Positions 45,192 through 59,960 of a stretch of 64,000 nucleotides of DNA are shown piece after piece; positions within the stretch are counted from its first letter, which is position 1, and each line of letters begins with the position of its first letter. This stretch comes from Eledone cirrhosa. Lineage: Eukaryota. Position numbers and translations under genes: made by a program. The stretch lies in the NCBI GenBank assembly GCA_964016885.1, contig OZ024753.1, positions 40,424,001-40,488,000 of the forward strand. The letters are read 5' to 3'. Below the pieces are notes generated by a model. That model worked only from the letters and a program-made list of their open reading frames with translations. It was not told the origin of the DNA and did not search any database.

Positions 45192-45489
45192 ATGTTTTGT
45201 TGGTGTTATTTTATTTATTGTTGTTGCTGTTATTAATGTTGTTAATACTGTCACTGTAACTGCTGTTTGTGTTCTTGTCATTCACGTTATTGCTGTTGTT
45301 GTTGTTGGCTGCAATTTTCCCTCAACAACAACAACAACAGCAGCAGCAGCAGCAACTGAAAAATAAAAAAAATTCATTGACCACGAAACATAGGATTAAC
45401 GTTTTTAACGGTTTGGTACATATACATATAAAGGAAGATGACTGAGGCGAACAATAGAGGAAAAAAGAATGATTTGAGTGTGTGTGCTG

Positions 45490-45539
<50 letters not shown>

Positions 45540-45778
45540 CAGTGAGATGGGGTGAAGGAGAGATAGAGATATATAGAGAGATTGATAGATAGATAGAGAG
45601 AAATTGATAGATAGATAGAGAGAGAGAGGGAGATTAATAGATATATAGATTGATAGATAGAGAGATTGATTGATAGATATAGAGAGAGATTCATAGGAAG
45701 ATAGCTGAAGAGAGTGTGAGAGGGAGAGCGTAAAGAGAGAGAGATTGTGTGGTGTGTGTGTGTGTGTGTTAGAGAGAT

Positions 45779-45846
<68 letters not shown>

Positions 45847-46496
45847 CGTTGCAGTAGATAAATAGTCGGATTATTTTCCGGGCACTACCCGAGTTTACAG
45901 GAGTTTGAATAATGGATAAAACGGATTAAAAATAAGTAAAGAAATAAAGTATAATAAATAATTTAATATAGAAGTAAGTAAATAAGTAAATAAATACATA
46001 ACAAATATATATAAACTAGTAAATAAAAAGAAAAGCAGATTCAATGATTGAACGATCGAATTTCCTGCTCTAGCGTTAATCGTATGTTGTGTTTTGTATG
46101 GCTGCTTTCATGCATGTTTTAATCTGCCAGAAAGGTCTACTTTGTATGTAAAAATGCTTTCGTTACTGTTAATTCAGATGATAGTCCACTATATGTCATA
46201 TTATATTATGATATATATTATATTCTATTATAATATACCATAATATAAAAACGCGGATTTGAGAGCGCAGATGGTGTCGATAGGGGTTCCTGACAACTAC
46301 CTAAAGAAGCGTAATCGCATTTGTAGGTTTTTTACTACCCCTATCACTATCACGGCGGTGTGTTCGTTACCCACATGTGGCGGGTTGAATTAACAAAGGA
46401 ACCTCTGTATTGTGTCTCGATCTGAAAGAAACTGCAGCCATATCACCTGAAAACCCTACCTCAACGTCTTAACATTTTTAAGTTACACAGACACGT

Positions 46497-46672
46497 GTAC
46501 CCTTTACATAGTTCTCAGGGAGATTCAGTGTGATACTGTTTGTGACAAGGCTGGTCCCTCAAATTACAGGTACAACTTATTTTTGCCAGCTGAGTGGATT
46601 GGAGCAAGGTGAAATAAAGTGTCTTGCTCAAGGACACAATGCGTCGCCGAGAATCGAACTCACGGCCTTACG
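46497..46672 (-). mobile_element. CORE-like SINE
   Basis: Reverse complement reads gagttcgattctc...gtgtccttgagcaagacactttatttcac. Confidence 0.75.
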
Positions 46673-46699
46673 TGGGTGGGTGGGTAGGTGGGTGTCATT

Positions 46700-47110
46700 T
46701 ATGTATACATATAAAATCAGGGAAAGAGAGGGAGAAAATTAGTGAGAGAAAAAGAGACCGAGAAAGATGAAATTAGAAGAAGAAAAATTAGAATATTGAG
46801 CATTAAGGCTGTCGTAGCAGAAGTTAGCGTGAAATACAAATTGGGGTTTAAAAGGTCAAAATATGTGGTACTGACCTTGGATTGTAGAGAGCTGAAGACA
46901 TGATTTTCAGCTCTCTACAATCCAAGGTCAGCACCACATATTTTGACCTTTTAAACCCCAGTTTGTATGTTTGTATTTCACGCTAACTTCTGCTACGATA
47001 GCCTTAATGCCCAATATTCTAATATTTCTACTTCTAATTTCATCTTTCTCAGTCTCTTTTTCTCTCTCTAATTTTCTCCCTCTCTTTCCCTGATTTTATA
47101 TGTATACATA
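46700..47110. repeat. ~410-bp near-perfect palindrome pivoting on CTGAAGA
   Basis: ~200-bp arms with a few mismatches and one small indel, around a 9-nt loop gacatgatt. Confidence 0.92.
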
Positions 47111-47509
47111 TAAAATATGTGGGCAGTCAATCCCAGGTGACTCAAGCTTAGCTGCCCCACGTTCTCGCTCAGCCAAGGTCTGTCTTTTAAGCGGATTAAC
47201 AGCCAGATGAGGGAGAGATAGATACAATGTGGGCCAAAATTGCTGACTCACTTGATTATTTATAGATCTAGTAACACACAATGTTATAAAACAAGTTAAG
47301 GAATATATTAAAAATATAGATTAAGAAACCTGCTAAACATATTAAGAAATAAAATAAATTAAAACAATACAATAACAATAAAATAAGCATGTTAAGAAAT
47401 ATAACAAGCGAGTCATGAATTCTGGCCCACACTATAGTTAGATAGATAGAAAGAGAGTGAGCGCGCGCAGAGAGAGGGAGAGGGAGAGAGAGGGAGAGGG
47501 AGAGAGAGG

Positions 47510-47576
<67 letters not shown>

Positions 47577-48026
47577 AGGGTAGAGAGATAGAGATTAAGG
47601 AGAAGAGAGCCTGAAAGACAGAAGATTAGAGAGAGAGAGAGAGAGAGAGATGGGAGAGAGAGAGAGAGAGATGGGAGAGAGAGAGAGAGAGAGAGTGTGA
47701 GTGAGAGAGAGAGAGAGGTTAAAGGGTTTGTTATACAACCGTGTAAGAAATCTTTGTCGAGAAGATTTCATGCCTAATCTTTCTCCATAGCTGGCAGATC
47801 TTGTCACCATATGTCTTTTAGAATGGCACCCATGACTTGTTTCAATAAGTCTCTTTCAATATTTAATATGTTGTGACTCTCACTCCCCTCTCTTTTTTCT
47901 CTTTTCCTCTTTATCTCTCTTCTTCTTCTCTCCTCTCTATCTGTCTCTCTGCAGTATATCTATCTATCTATCTATCTATCTATCTAAACATATCTATCTA
48001 TCTAAACATATCTATCTATCTAAACA

Positions 48027-48093
<67 letters not shown>

Positions 48094-48094
48094 T

Positions 48095-48189
48095 TGTTTT
48101 TATATTTTTTACACGACTGTATGTAAAATCCCCGGCATGTCTTTGTATTGTCCCCTTTCTTGTTGCGCCCTTGTGGCTAATAAAGAAAT
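48095..48189 (+). mobile_element. Tx1-like LINE 3' end within (TATC)n
   Basis: Homolog of the 42039 3' UTR (gtggctaataaagaaat). Confidence 0.7.
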
Positions 48190-49039
48190 CTATCTATCTA
48201 TCTATCTATCTATTCTCGTAATCTTCACTCCTGCTTCTGTCACTTCGCTTTATGTCACATCTCCACCCTCCTTCTGTTATTATCTCTTTCTTTCTATCTC
48301 GGTTTATCACTTTCATCACTGTACCTCCCCAAATCACCATCATCGAAACCCGCTCCCCTCTCATACTTTCCATCTACAACTATAACGCTACATCAGACAA
48401 GCAGTCACTACCCTTCTATCCACCTGAGCCTATAACACACACAACGAGGTTGCCTCTATATATTAATTCAACCTCACAATACATAAGTGTTACGTTTGAG
48501 ATGTACCCTCTTTAACGCAACCATCTGGTCCCTAGCTGCTTTTACTAGAGTCCACTTTTCCGGAAAGCTTTCTGGCTAGGTCTGTGGTTTGAGGATGATC
48601 TGAAATAATTAGTATAAAATGGTTTTCGTGAAGCATTAGAGAGAACGCTTGCCGATGGGTGACGGACGTGAATTATATGGATATTTCAGGTGTTATGCAA
48701 CTAAATATTCCATAGTCGCAGATACCAGTGGTATAATAGGCAGTGAGATAAGGCGACACATGTATTATTTTGTCTGTAATTCAGGATCACTCTTAGATAT
48801 ATGTTTTACTTGGAAATTGCAATGAGACAGGAAGAATTCAAAGACAACGAATTTACTGGCACTAAAGAATTTAGCTAGTTTTTATGATGCAAATTCTTGT
48901 GTGTTGAGGTGTTCATATTCGTACATTCAAACACACACACACACGCACAAACACACACACACATACACACATCGTCCTCTCTCTTTCCATATATATACAT
49001 ACATACATACCTATATATTTATACACACACACACACACT

Positions 49040-49079
<40 letters not shown>

Positions 49080-49084
<5 letters not shown>

Positions 49085-49247
49085 AAGGAGTTGTGGTAAG
49101 GAACCAGATGGACCATAACACACCAGAGTACTCAATACTAAGGTAGTAGAGTGGGTAATAGGAAAAAGTTTAACCCCGACGGCAGAGCTCAAGAAATAGC
49201 CGTCGAAATGGCTTGAGCTCTGCCATCGGGGTTAAACGTTTTCCTAT
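49080..49247 (-). mobile_element. Family B element
   Basis: Tail plus arms taggaaaaagtttaacccc / ggggttaaacgttttccta. Confidence 0.88.
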
Positions 49248-49651
49248 ATGTATATATATATATATGTATATATAAGGAGATGAAAATAAAATTATAAAAA
49301 AAGTATTTACACACGTATATACACTCGCAGAATATGGACTATACTATATACATACATCCAGAATTTGGCAAGGATGACAGAGCGAGAAAGAACCTCCCCA
49401 TCATATACCACAGCAAAGCTTACGTGCAGCCAAATGAATGTTGTGTCACTTTTTACCTCCCTCTTTATCTAACCTATTCTCCTGTCAGTCTTTTCATGGT
49501 CATTCTTTCGGCTTGATATTTTCCCATCTGCCGCTATCTCACTAATAACACCCACTGCAAATCTTCTACCAGATGGTCTCAACACTATCACACACACAGC
49601 TTTCTTGAGGTTTTCCTCGCCATTACATTCTCCTCCCTCTCTCTCTCTCTG

Positions 49652-49696
<45 letters not shown>

Positions 49697-49815
49697 TTCC
49701 TACACAACAACACCTTCCCCTGTCACCGTATCTTTCTCTCTCTATCCCCCTCTCTCTCTCTCTCTCGCTTTCTCTCTCACTTTCCTACACCACAACACCT
49801 TCCTCTGTCACCGTA

Positions 49816-49856
<41 letters not shown>

Positions 49857-50230
49857 TTCTCACTCTCACTTTCCTACACTACAACACCTTCCTCTGTCAC
49901 CCTATCTTTCTCTCTCTACCCCCCTCTCTCTCTCTCGCTTTCCTACACCGCAACACCTTCATATGTCACCCCCCTCTCTCTCTCTCTCTTTCTCTCTCCT
50001 ACACCACAACACCTTCATATGTCACCTTCTCTCTCTCTCTCTCTCTCTCCCTCTACCTCTTCTCTCTCTGCTACCTATCACATTCACCATGCATACACTT
50101 ATATATGTTTATGTTTGTATGCATACGTGTGTGTGCGTGCTTGTCTATATATGCATCCACACACACACATATATATATATGCAGAAGACAGCCAGGCACA
50201 CAGGCACCCACACGCCTACATACACACTCA

Positions 50231-50383
<153 letters not shown>

Positions 50384-50698
50384 AAAGATAGATAAATAGA
50401 TAGATAGATAGGGAGAGAGAGAGAAAAAAACCAGAGAGAGAGTGACAGAGCAAGATAGATAGATAGAGAGAGAGAGAGATCTTGCCCTCTTCACCCTCTT
50501 CTCTATATGGACAAGATTATGTGTTTTTTTTGTTGGATAGTAGTCCCAAAGGCGTGAGAGCGGATATCTATAAGCAACGGTGTTTCGGCTCTGGTAGTCC
50601 CCTACTTTTTGATATCTCGGACTATATCTTCTACTGTGTCCCTTCTCAATTCCTTAATATGGAAGAGTGTTTGTGTTTATGCACACACACACACCGAC

Positions 50699-50747
<49 letters not shown>

Positions 50748-51028
50748 TACGCACACACAGATGCAACATTATTCGGAAGCTCACAAATGGATGTCTGCAA
50801 AAGCGCACTCTTTTATATATGCAGAAGCTTTCGCCCCCCCCCCCCTCTCTATCTCTTTATCTATCTATCTCTCGCTCTCTTTTTTAAGACATTGTGTATC
50901 TAAGACTATCTTATATAGTGTATCTATATTTTATAAATGAGTGGCATTTAGTTACTATTTCCTTCAAATCGAACGGCTTTGTTACGGCTTTGTCCAAAGT
51001 TGTTCCCGATTGAGCATCTTACCATTAA

Positions 51029-51249
51029 CCCTTTACCATTTACATTACTCTATACTTACTATTATATTTTTATGGTAAAGGCTTCACTTTACATAGTTAT
51101 CACACATAATATCAAATCTATGCGATTCTGATATTATTTATTTTAAGAACAATATCTTAACATAAATATGAGCAGCCGGTTATGGCCAGATTAAACAGAA
51201 AGAGGTGAGAGAATTCTGGCCGGATATGGCCGGTTTAAATGCTAAAGGG
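51029..51249. mobile_element. piggyBac-type MITE
   Basis: TTAA-CCCTTTACCATTTA...TAAATGCTAAAGGG-TTAA. Confidence 0.88.
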
Positions 51250-51747
51250 TTAAAGGCATTAACAGGGAGACCATCCCATCATTTCACATATATCGAACTA
51301 AGTTTCCATCTGCCTTTCATTTTTATGTAAGTAAAGTATAATTAGCGAAGTATTTGTATGATTTTTCTAGCTTCTAGTTTAACCACAGCGAATCTTCCTC
51401 GTTACATCTTCGTTATCTTTGCCGTTTCATATAATGAAACATTCTTTAATTTTTTTATTAATTATTCTTGTATGTTTCATCGCAGGATTCCTCTTTCTTT
51501 TTTTTTTCAACGTTTCGCCACCCAACATAACCTCGCATTATAAAAAAACCCTACAGCGTGACCATATGTTTATAAGATTGTGTAAGATGAGTAAGTGTGT
51601 ATGTTTCTATGTTTGGAGAGTTTATGTATGTGCTTCAATAATTATGTGCATACGTTGGTACACGAATGTAAATAGCATTGTAAAGGCACCACCTTGCACC
51701 AATGACTAGCATATATGATTTGGTATTAATATTTGGAATATGTTTAC

Positions 51748-52093
51748 GGTGGTGGATTGGCAGTATCAGTAGAGGATCGGACGCCATGTTTTGCAGCATA
51801 GAGTTACAACCCTTTATGATCTGAGTTCAAATCCCACCGAGGTTAACTTTGCCTTTCATCCTTACGGGGTCGATAAAATAAAGTACCAGTCGCGTTCTGG
51901 CGTCGATTTAATCGACTTTCCCCGCCCCCAAAATTTCTGGCCTTCTGCCTGTATAAGAAACCCTTAATATTTAGAATATATACTGGAGCTGAATATAGAA
52001 GCTCCACTTACAATATGAGGTTATGCTTTCATAACTTAGTCAAGATGAAGCTCAGAGTTAATACCCTATTTTAAGGCCTCATGTAGTATTGAG
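51748..52093 (+). mobile_element. Major SINE with a ~130-bp 3' extension
   Basis: Full SINE followed by the extension shared with 25690-25818. Confidence 0.85.
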
Positions 52094-52316
52094 GTGTAAA
52101 CAAAATAAGACCAGAAAGAAGAGGAGACACAGAAGAAGAACAAATAGTATGTCATATAAACATTGAGTATGTCATATAATGGATGACGAAAGAACTTTGA
52201 TGAAATAACCAATGACCAATAACTAATAATAATAAACTTGAAGTGAAAAGCAAATAACGATGTGTTTTTATTGGTAAAATTAGCAACATGACCATCACCA
52301 AAGATAACAATTAAAT

Positions 52317-52457
52317 AATTGTTTCTAATTTTAACACAAGGCCAGCAATTACCCAGTACATTACTGGTACTTTATTGTATCGACCACGTATCACTGGTAC
52401 TTTATTTTATTGACCATAAAGGGCCGTAACTCTTTGCTGCAACCATGGCGTCCGGAC
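52317..52457 (-). mobile_element. Rearranged, deleted major SINE
   Basis: Tail and partial head present, with a duplicated ctggtactttatt segment. Confidence 0.75.
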
Positions 52458-52714
52458 AATTGTTGTCCCACCCTCTCATTTTACTCTCTTTCTTATACCC
52501 TCTCTCTCTCTCTCTCTCTCTCTCTATCACCTCTCACTCTCCCCCCTCTCTCTATAATTCTTTCTTTTTTCGTTTCTTTCAAAGTTATGCATAACTTTCC
52601 CCCCCCCCCCCCCCGTCTGATTTCCGTTCAGCTGTCTGACTATCTATAACTCTGCATTTCTGCCTCTCTGACATGAGACTGTCTGTCTCTCTGTTTGTCT
52701 GTCAGTCTGTCTGT

Positions 52715-53790
52715 CTATATATATGAATGTATGTGTGTCTGTATGTATGTATGTATGTATGTATGTATGTATGTATGTATGTATGTATGAATGTATGTAT
52801 GTATGTATGTATGTATGTATGTATGAATGTATGTGTATGTATGAATTTTTGTATGTATGTCTATATATATATGAATGTATGTGTGTCTGTACGTATGTAT
52901 GTATGAATGTATGTATGTCTATATATATATATATGAATGTATGTGTGTCTGTACGTATGTATGTATGTATGAATGTATGTATGTGTATGAATGTATGTAT
53001 GTATTTATTAATATATTTTTTTTTCTCCTCGTGCAATGGCCATACTCGATAACGAGGGGGCAGCCATCATCATTTATGTATATATGTATGTCTGTGTCTC
53101 TCTGTCTATATATATGAATGTATGTGTGTCTGTACGTACGTATGTATGTATGTATTAATGTGTGTGTATGAATGTATGTATGTATATATATATATGTATT
53201 TATGTATGTATATATGTATGTCTGTCTGTGTCTGTCTGTCTATATATATGAATGTATGTGTGTCTGTACATATGTATGTATATATATATGTATTTATGTA
53301 TGTATATATATATGTATTTATGTATGTATATATATATATGTGTTTATGTATATATGTATGTAGGTCTGTCTGTCTGTCTCTCTGTCTATATATATGAATG
53401 TATGTGTGTCTGTACGTACGTACGTATGTATCTATGTATGAATGTATGTATGTATATATATATGTATTTATGTATGTATATATGTATGTATATCTGTCTA
53501 TCTGTCTGTCTATATATATGAATGTATGTATATGTGTATGAATATATATATGTATATATATATATATATGTATTTATGTATGTATATATGTATTAGGTCT
53601 GTCTGTCTCTCTGTCTGTATATATGTATGTATGTATATATGTATATATGTATGAATGTATGTATGTATATACGTATGTATGTATGTATATATGTATATAT
53701 GTATGAATGTATGTATGTATATACGTATGTATGTATGTATATACGCATGTATGTGTGTATATATGTATATATGTATTTATATATGCATGA
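52715..53790. repeat. (TATG)n-based minisatellite
   Basis: Direct reading. Confidence 0.93.
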
Positions 53791-53875
53791 GCCCAAGTCT
53801 GCATCTAACACTTCTCATATCTTATGTCTGCTAATATCTATCCCTCACGCCATGACATTGAGCCAACATCCCCCC

Positions 53876-53916
<41 letters not shown>

Positions 53917-55951
53917 CACATATATATGTGTGTGTGTGCACGCGTGTGTACGTATGCATATCTAAGTTTGTGTGTGCGTGTGTACATGAGTGTGTGTGTG
54001 TGGATATTTTTGGTTATTTGTATATCTCTCTAATTCTCTGTCACTATCTAACTAATTGTAAGATATATACAAACACACACACGCACACACTGACACACAC
54101 ACACACATACACACACACACTTAACACCAAACACATTACTACACATATATACACACACATATATACTTACTTTTTGTGCATTTTCCTCTCGAACTCTTGC
54201 TACTCCAGGACTCACACACACACACACATTCACACACATACACACACATTCACATACGTTGACACACATACACAAACATTCACACACATACACACACACA
54301 TATACACACATACACACACATTCACACACACACACACACACACACAAACCCCCATCTCACCTATACATATTTTACGCTTCCACTTTATCTTACACTATAT
54401 ATAATCCACACATTCGTTCCTTACATTACAACATCTCACCATAAAAACAAACACAAAACAACAACAAAAACAAAGCAAAAAGAAAGAAAAAGTAGCCATA
54501 TTGTTAGGAAGAGCTCTAACCTGATAGGAATCTGCAATCTTTATAGGAGAAATCTCCGGAGGAAGAAATATATCTCTAGATCTTACGAACGACCATCTTC
54601 AAATTTAGATGACTCCTTGCCAAAGACGCTACGAGGCACCAAGTAGAATGACCAGTGTATTTCAGTAGAGGTTCTTACTGTTGTGCAATGTCTGTGTGTT
54701 TGTGTGTGCTTGCTGTATGAATGTGTTTGTGTGTGCTTGCTGTATGAATGTGTTTGTGTGTGCTTGCTGTATCAATGTGTTTGTGATTATGTTATGTGTG
54801 GATATTTATCAGCAAGATAGAAAAACTAAATTTCTGTCCTTTCCTAAATCTCCTTATTTGAACGTGTATATAAAGCACTAAATAATGAATACCCGATAAA
54901 ATATACCCATTTCTTCTCCCCCCCCCCTCTCTCTCTCTCTCCCACACCCTAAACAATATACTTTTGAAATGTACATAACATGTGTGATGTAAGGACAATA
55001 TACGGAAGGTGAATATATCAAATGGACTTTCTTCTTTATATATATACATAACACCATTCTTTGTTTTTCAGTTTGTCTATCTTTATGTATTCGTTAATTC
55101 TGAGATTCCCAATATTCCTATCCTTGTTTGTTTTTAGTTTATTTATGTTCTTGTACTTATCAAGGCACTATCTTTCTTCAAACCACATCCAGCACACACT
55201 CAACCACATGTATTTTCTATGGTTATTCTTGAACATCTCTCTTCGACGTTATCATCCGAAGTAAGATGCATTTATCAAAATGATAAAATGTATGCATGAA
55301 TATATGTATGAATGTACGTATATATGTATCTATGTTTGTAAATATATATGTATATATGCATGTATATATGAATGTGTGTATGTACTATGTATGTTTATAT
55401 ATAAGTACTCAGGTAGGTAGGTAGGTAGGTAGGTAGGTAGGTAGGTTAGTATAGATATATAGATAGACAGATAGATAGATAGGAATTTTTAAATACATAG
55501 GCGCTTACAATATATCAATTCTATGATATTTTTGAGAAATACCAGCTCACGAATCACCATATTATTGATTCATGTAAACGAAAAAGAAGAAAAAATCGAA
55601 AAGCAAAAAGACAAAACAAACACTCTAGTTAGCCATGACAGTTTTTCAGAGTGTGAAATTTCACACAAGACTCTGCGTGGTAGCAAACCAATGACGTATT
55701 AAGGATCGAGTTTCGTGAAAAATTCTTTGACACGTTCATAGAGAAATCAATGTGCTCTTGAAGCGTACCAGCTACCAAAGATGAAGAATCACAGCGTCTT
55801 TACACAAAGATTCTATTCACTGTGAAATTGTTTGTATATGTATTTTTCTATCTGTATTCATTCTTATCAAATAAATATTTTATACATGCTGTGATCATAA
55901 AACAAGATTTAGAGTTCTTACAAGCGAGTTATGGGCACTGTTCTAACTGAT

Positions 55952-55982
<31 letters not shown>

Positions 55983-56675
55983 GTTTGTGTGTGTGTGGGT
56001 GGGTGGGTTTGTATGAGTTATTGTGTGTGTGTATGTGTTTGCTTGTGTGTTTGTGTATGATTGTGTGTTTGTATGCGTGTGATTATATGTGTATGTCTGT
56101 GTTTGTGCGTCTGTTTCTGTGCGCACGTGTGTGTATATATGTGTGTTTCTGTGTGTGGGGGAGGGGGAAGGGGGGGAAGCATTGTTGGAGTTTTTCGCTG
56201 AGAACCATGCATATGTGCAGTAGTTCGATTAAATAACATATCTACTACATTACCGCGTAAAATGAATGAGTTTTGCACAGACACGTGTAACGTTAAAAGA
56301 ATTCTCAAGCAGAATGAACATAACGCCTTGTGACATGGCTGCAGACTTTCATACAGTATCTGTCTACCAATTTTACTCCCAGGTGTTGAATCAACGCGAG
56401 GAAATTGTTAAAAATATTTCTCCAAAATGGCACTTGTTAAGATGAGCCACACTACCCTGGGGGTAAGAAGTTGATGGTTAAGGTTTATAGGGGTAACGTG
56501 TGAAGTCTTGTTCTATTCTCGGAAGTGCGTTGTGTTTTTGAACAAGGTACTTTATTCCACATTCGTCCATGTTAGTAATTTCTCAATATAACAAGATCTG
56601 CTAACAGCACCATTACCACCACCACCACCACCACCACCACCACCACCACCACCACCACCACCATCACCAACACCA

Positions 56676-56713
<38 letters not shown>

Positions 56714-57785
56714 GTTTCGTAATAAGTTTCCCACTTGCCACTGCTGTCGTTGTAAAACTCTATATTGTTGTTGTTGTTGTTGTTATTGTTATTGTTGTTG
56801 TTTTAGTTATGGCTCTTAATTTTGTTATTCCTCTTGTTGTTGCTGTGATTTCTGTCATCAACGTTGTTGACGTTATCTTTGCTGTTGTTGTTGTTGCTGC
56901 TGTTTGTTGTTGCTCTTGTTGTTGTGTTTGTTGTTGTTGTTGCTGTTAGTGTTGCTCTTTTTGTTGTTGTTGCTGCTGTTTAGTGTTTCTCTTGTTGTTG
57001 TTGTTGATGTTGTTGCTGCTGTTTAGTGCTTCTCTTGTTGTTTTTGTTGTAATGCGCTGGTCCTGTGTAAGGGAAGATCACAGTTCGAGGAGAAGACGGA
57101 ATGGTGTGATATTAAACATGCCTCAGCTATCCCCATGATATAGAGTCATCTGTATTTTTACGATATCAATATGCATTTCGCCTGATATGGCCGATATAGT
57201 TAAAAAATAAGAAAAGAAGAGAAACGCATGCAGCCCTTTCTAAAAAAAAAAAAGAATTTGCCCAAAAAAATCTATAAAAAATAGTATCCCAAATTCATCT
57301 CATGAACACATACACAAAACAATAAGGAAAAAAAATCAACAACAAAAATCTAATTCTGTGTTATCATGATTGAATATATGGAAGGAATTGGTGGGTGGAT
57401 GGAGGCAGGAACTGTTGAGTTCCGAGCGAAGAAAATGGCTGGCAGAGTGTTGTTCCATTGCGTGATGAATTCAAACCTGAAACCAAAGTCGACTTTTCTT
57501 TTCATTCCTATTGGGTGTCGATAAAAATGTGTTTATCAATTGTTCTCGATGCTCTGGTTGTGATTGTTGTTATTGTTCTTATTGTTAAAGATGTTGTTTT
57601 AGCCATAGGTCAACCCTAGCCAAGCAACACTATGATCAAAGCCATACCAGCAGTGATCATTCTATATATATTTTATCGACTATATCGAAGAATGCCGTGT
57701 TCAAAGTGTTTTACTTAAGATGACAACGTGTAATTTCAAAGAAATTTGACTGCTATTTCTAACCAGATAGCCTGACTGTATCTTC

Positions 57786-57787
<2 letters not shown>

Positions 57788-57822
<35 letters not shown>

Positions 57823-58571
57823 GGCGGCCTCACCCGACATCGACTCAACAAGTGATCTCACGTGGGTCTGTCGTTCATTGCCGTTGCCAAGTCTTGGATT
57901 TCAATACCAGAATCTCTGGAGATGACATCGGAGAAGGAGAGCTTGCGCCCCCTGTTATTAGTGACTGCTTGTGGTTTCCAAAGCACTAATGGGGACACAG
58001 CCTCGTAGGTGGCACGATGGCAGTGGCCAGCAAATCAGGATAGGAGAGCTTGCGCCCCCTGTTATTAGTGACTGCTTGTGGTTTCTAGAGCACTAATGGG
58101 GACACAGCCTCGTAGGTGGCACGATGGCAGTGGCCAGCAAATCGGGATAGGAGAGCTTGCGCCCCCTGTTATTAGTGACTGCTTGTGGTTTCTAGAGCAC
58201 TAATGGGGACACAGCTTCATAGATGGCACGATGGCAGTGGCCAGCAAATCGGGATAGGAGAGCTTGCGCCCCCTGTTATTAGTGACTGCTTGTGGCTTCT
58301 AGAGCACTAATGGACAAACAGCCTCATAGATGGCACGATGGCAGTGGCCAGCAAATCGGGATAGGAGAGCTTGCGCCCCCTGTTATTAGTGACTGCTTGT
58401 GGCTTCTAGAGCACTAATGGGGACACAGCCTCATAGATGGCACGATGGCAGTGGCCAGCAAATCGGGATAGGAGAGCTTGCGCCTCCTGTTATTAGTGAC
58501 TGCTTGTGGCTTCTAGAGCACTAATGGGGACACAGCCTCATAGATGTCACGATGGCAGTGGCCAGCAAATC
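57788..58571 (-). mobile_element. RTE-clade LINE 3' fragment containing ~6 x 107-bp tandem units
   Basis: Reverse complement translates FAGHCHRA..WKP..RGRK..DSG..DLATAMNDRPT and ends in a (GAT)n tail. Units start at 57936, 58043, 58150, 58257, 58364 and 58471. Confidence 0.85.
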
Positions 58572-58999
58572 TTACTCTCCTTTTACGTACTGACAGTATA
58601 CAAACTATATTGTCGCTTCGTAATCTTTCGTAGGTATATTTTATTGTTGATGTGGTCAACTGGGAAATTCATAAAACCGTCCAATACGTTATTCCTGACA
58701 GGTATAGAATTTCACTATTCTGGCAAACGACAAAAATAAAAATTAAGTCTACATTACCCACGTCAATAACATTTTTTTATGGTCTAATAAAAACGGATGC
58801 AGATAGCCACTCTATATCAAATTGTCTATATATACATGTATATATACATGTATATATACATGTATATATACATGTATATATACATGTATATATACATACG
58901 TACATAGATGCACAGAAGCATACATGATGGCAACTTATATTTCCATTTCTTACATGTCTTCGTCTCCATCCTAATTTATGGGCTATATTGAGCACATTA

Positions 59000-59040
59000 T
59001 TGATGATTTCATTCGAATGAAACAGTTCTAGTCCTGTAGA
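59000..59040 (+). ncRNA. Family F HHR core remnant
   Basis: tTGATGA-tTTCattcGAAt-GAAACAG-ttctagtc-CTGTA followed by (GA)n. Helix I is absent. Confidence 0.6.
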
Positions 59041-59300
59041 GAGAGAGAGCGTGAGAAAGAGGGCAAGATAGATAGATAGAGAGATGGAGAGAGAGACAGA
59101 GATGGATAAAGAGAGAGAGAGAGACAGAGATGGATAAAGAGAGAGAGAGAGACAGAGATAGATAGAGAGAGAGAGATGGAGAGAGAAACAGAGATAGATA
59201 GATCGAGAGATGCAGAGAGATAGAGATAGAGAGAGAGAGCGCGTGAGAAAGAGGGCAAGATAGAGAGATGGAGAGATGGAGAGAGAGACAGAGATAGATA

Positions 59301-59564
59301 TGTTTCTTTATTAGCCACAGAGGCACAAAAGAAGGGGACAAATACAAAGGGGGAAGTTTACATAGAATAAAAACGTGTAAAATATTATCACAAATGTAAT
59401 TTAAAAATTAGTCGATTTTCCCCAATAGGGGAAGACATTACATATGGGTAACACATACCCCCGAAAAAAAAATGTGCAACCCTCATCTCCAGGAGTACGA
59501 AGAGTTTGTACTCCTTTCCTCTCCTCCTCTTTTTCCTCAACCTACAGGCTGATATAGAGAGAAG
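59301..59564 (-). mobile_element. Tx1-like LINE 3' end within (GATA)n/(GA)n
   Basis: Highly similar to 42039-42300, with agatagata on both sides. Confidence 0.85.
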
Positions 59565-59715
59565 ATAGATAGATAGATAGAGAGAGTGGGAAAGATAATA
59601 GATAGATAGGTGGGGAGAGAGAGAGAGATAGAGAGAGAGATTGTTAAAGATAGATAGATAGATAGATAGATAGAGAGAGAGAGTGGGAAAGATAAAAGAT
59701 AGATAGATAGATGGG

Positions 59716-59749
<34 letters not shown>

Positions 59750-59914
59750 GATATTGTTAAAGATAGATAGATAGAGAGAGTGGGAAAGATAATAGATAGA
59801 TAGATGGGGAGAGAGAGATAGATAGAGAGAGAGAGAGAGAGATTGTTAAAGATAGATAGATAGGAAAGAGACAGAGAGAGAGATAGAGAGAGAGAGAGAT
59901 TGTTAAAGATAGAT

Positions 59915-59960
<46 letters not shown>

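Noticed and set aside
55640-55830. Unique island with CCAAT/TGACGT motifs as a promoter or exon
   Set aside because: Such short motifs are expected by chance, and all frames after the candidate minus-strand acceptor are closed.
57936-58571. Regular arrays here and at 15450-15803 as possible CRISPR loci
   Set aside because: Whole units repeat with no unique spacers, there are no cas genes, and the context is eukaryotic TE-derived sequence.
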